Source: Burkholderiaceae bacterium (GTDB taxonomy: Bacteria > Pseudomonadota > Gammaproteobacteria > Burkholderiales > Burkholderiaceae_C). Taken from it: a stretch of 64,000 bases of DNA. The notes beneath the pieces were generated by a model, which was given only the letters and a program-made list of their open reading frames with translations, made no database searches and was not told the DNA's origin. Position 1 is the stretch's first letter. Each line of letters starts with the position of its first letter. The DNA lies in contig JAYPEA010000005.1 in assembly GCA_038125525.1 (NCBI GenBank), forward strand, positions 2,207 through 66,206. The letters run 5' to 3'. A program made the translations under genes and the position numbers. Shown in pieces: positions 58,126 to 64,000 of the stretch.

Positions 58126-59561
58126 ATACCAAACAGTTTTACATCAACGGCCAATGGGTCAACCCAGCACAGGCCAACGACTTGGCCGTTACCAACCCAT
58201 CCACCGAGGCCACCGTTGCGACCATTTCGTTAGGTGGTCAAGCCGACGTCAACGCCGCCGTGGCTGCCGCCAAAGCCGCCTTTGCGGCCTGGGCAACCAT
58301 GCCATTGGCCCAGCGTTTGGTCTACCTAGACAAGTTACTGGCCATTTACCTGGAGCGCGCCGAAGACATGGCGCAAGCCATTAGCCAAGAGATGGGTGCG
58401 CCCATTGCCCTGGCGCGCGCCGCGCAGGTGGCCGCCGGCGCCGGGCACCTCAAAAATGCCATTCGGGCGGCCAAGTCTTTTGCCTTTGAGCAACCGCTGG
58501 GCGCACACGCCCCCAGCACGATGATTTTGCGCGAGCCCATTGGCGTGTGCGCGCTTATTACGCCGTGGAATTGGCCCATGAACCAAGTGATGCTCAAGGT
58601 GGCCCCCGCCTTGGCAGTGGGCTGCACCGTGGTACTCAAGCCCTCTGAGCTCTCGCCCATGTCTTCGCTGTTGCTGGCGGAATATGCCGAGGCTGCCGGC
58701 CTGCCCGCGGGCGTTTTTAACCTGGTCAACGGCGACGGTGCAACGGTTGGTGCTGCCCTTACGCAGCACCCCGATGTGGACATGGTGAGCTTTACCGGCT
58801 CCACCCGCGCCGGTACCGCCATCTCCATCGCCGCGGCCCCCACAGTCAAGCGCGTATCGCTTGAGCTTGGTGGCAAAGGCGCCAACTTGGTGTTTGCCGA
58901 CGCCGACGAAAAAGCCGTCACGCGAGGGGTACGCCACTGCTTTAACAACTCGGGGCAGTCGTGCAACGCCCCCACCCGCATGCTGGTTGAGCGCAGCGCG
59001 TACGACGCGGCGGTTGCCACCGCCACCAAGGTGGCGCAGCAAACCACGGTGGGTCTGGCAGCCGAAGAGGGGCGACACATTGGCCCGGTGGTCTCTGAGA
59101 CGCAATTCAACAAAATCCAGGCACTGATTCAAAAGGGCATCGACGAAGGCGCCCGCTTGGTAGCCGGCGGCCTGGGCCGTCCCGAGGGCATGAGCAGCGG
59201 CTGGTTTGTTCAACCCACGGTATTTGCCGACGTGACGCCCGAGATGACGATTTGGCGCGAAGAAATCTTCGGCCCGGTGCTGGTCATGGCGCCCTTTGAT
59301 GACGAGGCGCAGGCCGTTGCCATGGCCAACGACACCCCGTACGGCCTGACCAACTACGTGCAAACCCAAGACGCTGAGCGTGTGCGGCGTGTGTCGCGTC
59401 AATTGCGCAGCGGTATGGTAGAGGTCAACGGCGAATCGCTGGGCTCTGGCTCACCCTTTGGCGGCTACAAGCAATCGGGCAACGGTCGCGAGAGCGGCGT
59501 GTGGGGGCTAGAGGAATACCTAGAGACCAAAGCCGTGAGCGCTTGGCAGGCACCCGCTTAA
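58122..59561 (+). CDS. NAD(P)-dependent aldehyde dehydrogenase
   Basis: [29 protein letters not shown] (catalytic Cys), EEIFGPV; ATGA overlap with the gcvP stop. Confidence 0.93.
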   Translation: MNTKQFYINGQWVNPAQANDLAVTNPSTEATVATISLGGQADVNAAVAAAKAAFAAWATMPLAQRLVYLDKLLAIYLERAEDMAQAISQEMGAPIALARAAQVAAGAGHLKNAIRAAKSFAFEQPLGAHAPSTMILREPIGVCALITPWNWPMNQVMLKVAPALAVGCTVVLKPSELSPMSSLLLAEYAEAAGLPAGVFNLVNGDGATVGAALTQHPDVDMVSFTGSTRAGTAISIAAAPTVKRVSLELGGKGANLVFADADEKAVTRGVRHCFNNSGQSCNAPTRMLVERSAYDAAVATATKVAQQTTVGLAAEEGRHIGPVVSETQFNKIQALIQKGIDEGARLVAGGLGRPEGMSSGWFVQPTVFADVTPEMTIWREEIFGPVLVMAPFDDEAQAVAMANDTPYGLTNYVQTQDAERVRRVSRQLRSGMVEVNGESLGSGSPFGGYKQSGNGRESGVWGLEEYLETKAVSAWQAPA

Positions 59562-59613
59562 ATTCTTTAAACGCCGGCGTGCGCCCGCTCTTAAGTGCAG
59601 GTTGTACGCCGCA

Positions 59614-60693
59614 TCAAAACGGCGCGGGCACCTCAACGTCACCGCATTGCGCGCGGTGCGCCAAGGCCGCGTCGGCCAACACCAAGGCCAGCATGGCCTC
59701 AAGAATCGGTGTGGCGCGCAAACCCACACAAGGGTCGTGACGGCCCTTGGTTGTCACCTCAACCGCTTGGCCCGCGGTGTCTAGGCTGGGGCGTGGCACC
59801 AAAATCGAACTCGTGGGTTTAACTGCCACCCGCACCTCAATGTCCTGGCCCGAACTGATGCCGCCCAACACCCCGCCAGCGTGATTGCTGGCAAAGCCGT
59901 CGGGGCTCATGGCGTCACCGTGCACACTGCCGCGTTGAGGCACGCAGGCAAAGCCGGCACCGATTTCCACACCCTTGACGGCGTTGACCCCCATCATGGC
60001 GTAGGCAATGCGCGCGTCGAGCTTGTCAAACAAGGGTTGTCCCCACCCCACGGGCAGGCCGTGCGCCACCACACGCAAGGCCGCGCCACACGAGTCGCCT
60101 TGCTTGCGCAACCCGGCAAGGTAAGCCTCTAGCGCCGAGACGTCGGCGATGGGAGCAAAAAACGGGTTATGGGCCACGTGGGACCAATCTTCAAATCCCA
60201 CGGGCATCTCACCCACCTGCGTCATGCAGCCACGCACCTGCACACCATGGCGTTGTGCCAGCCACTTTTTGGCCACTGCACCCGCGGCCACCATGGGCGC
60301 GGTGAGCCTCGCGGACGAGCGGCCACCGCCACGCGGGTCACGCACCCCGTACTTGTGGTGGTAGGTAAAGTCAGCGTGCCCAGGCCGAAAGCGCTGTGCG
60401 ATTTCGGCGTAGTCTTTGCTGCGTTGGTCGGTGTTTCGAATCAACAGCGCAATGGGGGTGCCAGTGGTGTGGCCTTGGTACACGCCACTAAGAATCTCAA
60501 CTCGGTCGGCCTCTTGGCGCTGCGTAACGTAAACCGAGGTACCCGGGCGCCGCTTGTCCAGGTCGGGCTGAATGTCGTCTTCAGACAGGGCCATCCCGGG
60601 CGGGCAGCCGTCAATCACGCAGCCCACGGCCGGGCCGTGCGACTCGCCAAAATTGGTCACGGCAAACAGCTGCCCAAAGGTATTGCCACTCAT
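59614..60693 (-). CDS. aroC: Chorismate synthase
   Basis: MSGNTFG, FGESHG, RPGHAD, RSSARLT, GRHDPCV. Confidence 0.96.
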   Translation of the reverse strand: MSGNTFGQLFAVTNFGESHGPAVGCVIDGCPPGMALSEDDIQPDLDKRRPGTSVYVTQRQEADRVEILSGVYQGHTTGTPIALLIRNTDQRSKDYAEIAQRFRPGHADFTYHHKYGVRDPRGGGRSSARLTAPMVAAGAVAKKWLAQRHGVQVRGCMTQVGEMPVGFEDWSHVAHNPFFAPIADVSALEAYLAGLRKQGDSCGAALRVVAHGLPVGWGQPLFDKLDARIAYAMMGVNAVKGVEIGAGFACVPQRGSVHGDAMSPDGFASNHAGGVLGGISSGQDIEVRVAVKPTSSILVPRPSLDTAGQAVEVTTKGRHDPCVGLRATPILEAMLALVLADAALAHRAQCGDVEVPAPF

Positions 60694-60793
60694 GGCTGGC
60701 ATTATGGCCTAGCGTCGCAAAGGCGTCGGCGCCGCGCTTGACGCCATGACGCTGGGTCAAAATAATGGCCTTTTGCCACACAAGGACAAGCCC

Positions 60794-61732
60794 GTGACCC
60801 AACCAGCCTTTGTCCCCGAGGGCGTGATTCCAGCGATTGTGCTGCCCTTTCACGACGATTTTTCCATTGATACGCAGGCTTTTGCCCACCACGTGCAAGA
60901 CGTGGGCGCTACCCCTGGCATCAGCGCGCTGACCATCAACGCACACTCCACCGAGGTGGGCTCGTGCACGTTTGAAGAGCAACGCGAGGTGCTGGCCATT
61001 GCCCGCGCCCACACCGATTTGCCTTTGGTCAACGGCATCTACGCCGAAGGCAGCTTAGAGGCCGCCCGCTTGGCGCGCATGGCCACCGAGGGCGGGGCCA
61101 ACGCCTTGTTGGTGTTTCCGCCCGGGCCCTTCACCATGGGGCACCGACCGGCCATGGTGATTGATCACTACCGGCGCATCGCCGACGCCAGCGGTCTGCC
61201 CATCATTTGCTTTCAGTACAGCACGGCGTCGCCGCAAAGTTACCCGTGGGAGACCTTGCAAGCCCTATGCGACGCGGTACCCCAGGTGCGCGCCATTAAA
61301 GACTGGATCGCCAACCCACAAACCCACCAACAGCAAATCACCCGGCTGCAGCAACGCCCCCAGCCGGTGCACGTGCTTACCACGCACAGCGCGTGGCTTT
61401 ACCCGTCGCTGGCCATGGGTTGCCACGGCCTGCTCTCGGGCAGCGGCTCGGTGATTGCCACGCTGCAAGCGCAGCTGTTTGCCGCCGTGCAGGCACAAGA
61501 CGCCGCCACGGCGCGAGCCTTGCACGCGCGCATCACCGCCACGGCCGATGTGTTTTACGCCCCCCCCTGGGTGGACATGCATAACCGCATGAAAGAAGCC
61601 CTGGTGATGCAAGGCCGACTGCCACGCGCCGTGGTGCGTCCGCCGTTGGTCAAAATTGAAGAGGCTGAGCGCCAACGCATTCGCCAAGCCATGGTGCAGG
61701 CCGGGCTACTGCCCCAACGCCTGGCGGCATAA
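60794..61732 (+). CDS. DapA/DHDPS-family (class I aldolase-like) protein
   Basis: GVIPAIVLPF, AIKD Schiff-base lysine, VRPPL; the usual GTTGE is replaced by NAHSTE; GTG start with AAGGA RBS (alternative ATG 60746). Confidence 0.8.
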   Translation: MTQPAFVPEGVIPAIVLPFHDDFSIDTQAFAHHVQDVGATPGISALTINAHSTEVGSCTFEEQREVLAIARAHTDLPLVNGIYAEGSLEAARLARMATEGGANALLVFPPGPFTMGHRPAMVIDHYRRIADASGLPIICFQYSTASPQSYPWETLQALCDAVPQVRAIKDWIANPQTHQQQITRLQQRPQPVHVLTTHSAWLYPSLAMGCHGLLSGSGSVIATLQAQLFAAVQAQDAATARALHARITATADVFYAPPWVDMHNRMKEALVMQGRLPRAVVRPPLVKIEEAERQRIRQAMVQAGLLPQRLAA

Positions 61733-62854
61733 ATGGCAGCGGGCCAGCCCGGAGGCGGCGCCCTACAAGGCATACGGGTGCTGGATTTCAGCACCTTATT
61801 GCCCGGCCCCATGTGCACCTTGCTGCTGGCTGAGGCGGGCGCCGATGTCATTAAAATCGAAAAGCCTGGTGGCGAGGACATGCGCCGCTACGCCCCCGTG
61901 GTGGGCCCGGACAGCGCGCACTTTGTGCTGCTCAATCGCGGCAAGCGTAGCTTGGTGCTAAACCTCAAAGATCCCGCCCAACGCGCCAAGCTCGAGCCTT
62001 TACTCGCCACCGCCGATGTACTGGTGGAGCAATTTCGCCCTGGCGTCATGTCACGCTTGGGTTTGGATTACGCCACCCTAAGCGCCCGGTATCCCCGGTT
62101 AATTTATTGCGCCATTACGGGCTATGGCCAAACCGGGCCGCGCGCGCACACCGCGGCACACGACTTGAATTACGCAGCCGACGCGGGCGTACTGGGCAAC
62201 ACGGCGCAACCGGGCTTACCGCCGGCCTTGGTGGCTGACATCGCCGGCGGTGCGTACCCGGCCTTTGCCAACATCGCCTTGGCGCTGCTGCAGCGTGAGC
62301 GAACCGGCAAGGGCTGCCACCTGGATGTGGCGATGGCCGAGAACCTGTGGCCGTTTCAATACGCAGCCTTGGCCAGCATTGAGGCCACCGGCGCAGCACC
62401 TGAGCCCGGGCAAGGCATCACCGCCGGTGGCAGCCCACGCTATCAGGTGTACCGTTGCGCAGACGGGCAACACCTCGCGGTGGCGCCGCTAGAAGAGAAG
62501 TTTTGGCAAACCTTTTGCCAGAGCATTAACCTGCCTTCGGCCATGCGACACGCCAACGCCAACCCCGCGCTCGTACAGCAGGCCGTGGCCGACTGCCTGG
62601 CCCAACACCCGGCGGCCCATTGGCTGCAACGGTTGGAACCGGTGGACGCTTGCGTGGTGGCGGTGCTCACACCCGATCAAGCCCGCGTCCATCCGCAGTT
62701 TGCCGCGCGCGATGTGTTTGGCCACCGTGTCACGCACGCACACGGCAACTGGGCGGCACTGCCGGTGCCCGTGGCTGCGCCGTTGCGCCAAACGCACGCC
62801 CAGCGCGGCTACGCCGAGCTTGGCGTCTCAACCGAAGTCAACTGGCTGCCCTAA
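61733..62854 (+). CDS. CaiB/BaiF-family (class III) CoA transferase
   Basis: RVLDFSTLLPGP, GADVIKIE, NRGKRSLVLNLK, FRPGVM.RLG, HDLNY. Confidence 0.92.
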   Translation: MAAGQPGGGALQGIRVLDFSTLLPGPMCTLLLAEAGADVIKIEKPGGEDMRRYAPVVGPDSAHFVLLNRGKRSLVLNLKDPAQRAKLEPLLATADVLVEQFRPGVMSRLGLDYATLSARYPRLIYCAITGYGQTGPRAHTAAHDLNYAADAGVLGNTAQPGLPPALVADIAGGAYPAFANIALALLQRERTGKGCHLDVAMAENLWPFQYAALASIEATGAAPEPGQGITAGGSPRYQVYRCADGQHLAVAPLEEKFWQTFCQSINLPSAMRHANANPALVQQAVADCLAQHPAAHWLQRLEPVDACVVAVLTPDQARVHPQFAARDVFGHRVTHAHGNWAALPVPVAAPLRQTHAQRGYAELGVSTEVNWLP

Positions 62855-62855
62855 C

Positions 62856-63521
62856 TCACCCCGCCATTGCGGTGGCTGAGGTCTCAGTAAGCGTGCCGCG
62901 ATCCATCACAAAGATTTTTTGCACCAGGCTTTGCGAGTACTGCAAATCGGATTCCGAAAAAATCACGGCCATGCCCTCCGACTTAAGGCCGCTGATCACC
63001 TCGGCCAGCCGTTGCGCCAGCGCTGGCGCCACGCCCTCAAACGGCTCGTCCAGTAGCAGCAGCTGCCGCCCCGTCATCAGCGCACGGCCCAGGGCCACCA
63101 ACTTTTGCTGTCCGCCAGACAGCTGCGAGCCGCGACGCTGTGCGAAGTCAACCAGCTCAGGGATGATGCGATAGACGTACTGCAGCCTTTGCGCACTGTC
63201 CGGAGCCCGGCTCGCCCACATCGGCAGCAGCACGTTTTCTTCCACCGTCAAATTGGGGATCAAGCGCCTGTCTTCGGGCATGTAGCCGATGCCCAACTGA
63301 TTGCGCTCGTGCACGGGCACCCCTTTGAGGTCGCGCCCATCAAAGTGCAATTGGCCAGCGCTGGCTTTGAGCAAGCCCATGATGCTCTTAATGAACGTGG
63401 TCTTACCGGCCCCATTGCGCCCCACCAGTCCGGCCATTTGGCCTTTTTCCAACGTGAGGTTCACGCCGCGCAAGATGTCAATGGATTGAATCGAAACGTC
63501 AAGGTCACTGATACGCAGCAT
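62856..63521 (-). CDS. Branched-chain-type ABC transporter ATPase (LivF-like)
   Basis: GRNGAGKTT, PEDRR, LSGGQQK, LLLDEPFEGVAP. Confidence 0.9.
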   Translation of the reverse strand: MLRISDLDVSIQSIDILRGVNLTLEKGQMAGLVGRNGAGKTTFIKSIMGLLKASAGQLHFDGRDLKGVPVHERNQLGIGYMPEDRRLIPNLTVEENVLLPMWASRAPDSAQRLQYVYRIIPELVDFAQRRGSQLSGGQQKLVALGRALMTGRQLLLLDEPFEGVAPALAQRLAEVISGLKSEGMAVIFSESDLQYSQSLVQKIFVMDRGTLTETSATAMAG

Positions 63522-63523
63522 GG

Positions 63524-64000
63524 CTATTGTCCTGTCGTCACGTGTTGCGTGTTGCCCACGATATGCTTGAGCACCTGCTCGTGGTTAAGCGCCTCATCGG
63601 GCTTACCATCGGCAATGATGCGCCCATCGTAAAACGCCAACACCCGGTCGGCGTGGCGCGCCACCACCTCCATGTCGTGTTCCACAAAGAGCACCGTGGT
63701 GCCGGCCTCTCGCACCACGCCCATCACCATGTCCATGATGCCAAACTTCTCTTCAGCCGAAACCCCGCTGGTTGGCTCATCGAGCAACAAAATGGTGGGC
63801 TGCACGGCCATGGCCATGGCAATATCCAGCACCTTGCGCACACCACCGGGCAGTACCCGCGTGACCTTGTCACGGTAAGCGGTTAGCTCAAAGCGCTCCA
63901 GCGCCTGTTCAGCCAACTCACGTATCGGCGCGCCGTATCCAGGCACTGGGGTGCGCGGACTCACAAACCAGCCACCACTGGCTGAGTTGAGCAACACAAT
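63524..64000 (-). CDS. Branched-chain-type ABC transporter ATPase (LivG-like), 5'-truncated by window edge
   Basis: LPGGVRKVLDIAMA, LLLDEPTSG, VEHDM. Confidence 0.85.
   Translation of the reverse strand: MVLLNSASGGWFVSPRTPVPGYGAPIRELAEQALERFELTAYRDKVTRVLPGGVRKVLDIAMAMAVQPTILLLDEPTSGVSAEEKFGIMDMVMGVVREAGTTVLFVEHDMEVVARHADRVLAFYDGRIIADGKPDEALNHEQVLKHIVGNTQHVTTGQ

Overview
This GC-rich window is most likely from a betaproteobacterium of the Burkholderiales/Comamonadaceae type (inferred from gene order and protein similarity to the Rubrivivax-type cluster as I recall it). Positions 1 to ~46.8 kb hold a type-II anoxygenic photosynthesis gene cluster (PGC) that is truncated on the left inside bchI. 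Its order is: bchI-D-O; an oppositely oriented complete System I cytochrome c maturation operon ccmABCDEFGH(I); crtE-F-bchCXYZ-pufB-orf74-pufA-L-M-C-crtA-D-C; a converging ~16.5 kb minus-strand block bchFNBHLM-lhaA-puhABC-acsF-puhE-crtI-crtB; aerR(ppaA)-ppsR; and bchG-pucC-bchP-tspO. A Tat-exported HiPIP gene follows directly. PpsR boxes (TGT-N12-ACA) are visible in four AT-rich intergenic regions. The remaining ~17 kb is housekeeping and catabolic: MFS, RsuA, ScoAB, AhpD-like protein, thioesterase, ETF-QO, a tandem glycine riboswitch with gcvTHP plus an aldehyde dehydrogenase, aroC, a DapA-like lyase, a CaiB CoA-transferase and LIV-type ABC ATPases. Most notable: (1) a full ccm operon built into the PGC and sharing a PpsR-boxed divergent promoter with crtE; (2) a 74-aa membrane protein gene inserted between the LH1 beta and alpha genes; (3) a HiPIP gene abutting the cluster; (4) a recurring -10/N6-7/ATG layout suggesting leaderless transcripts. 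No rRNA, tRNA, CRISPR array or mobile element was recognised. Start codons were refined by eye from overlaps and RBS positions. No database searches were run.
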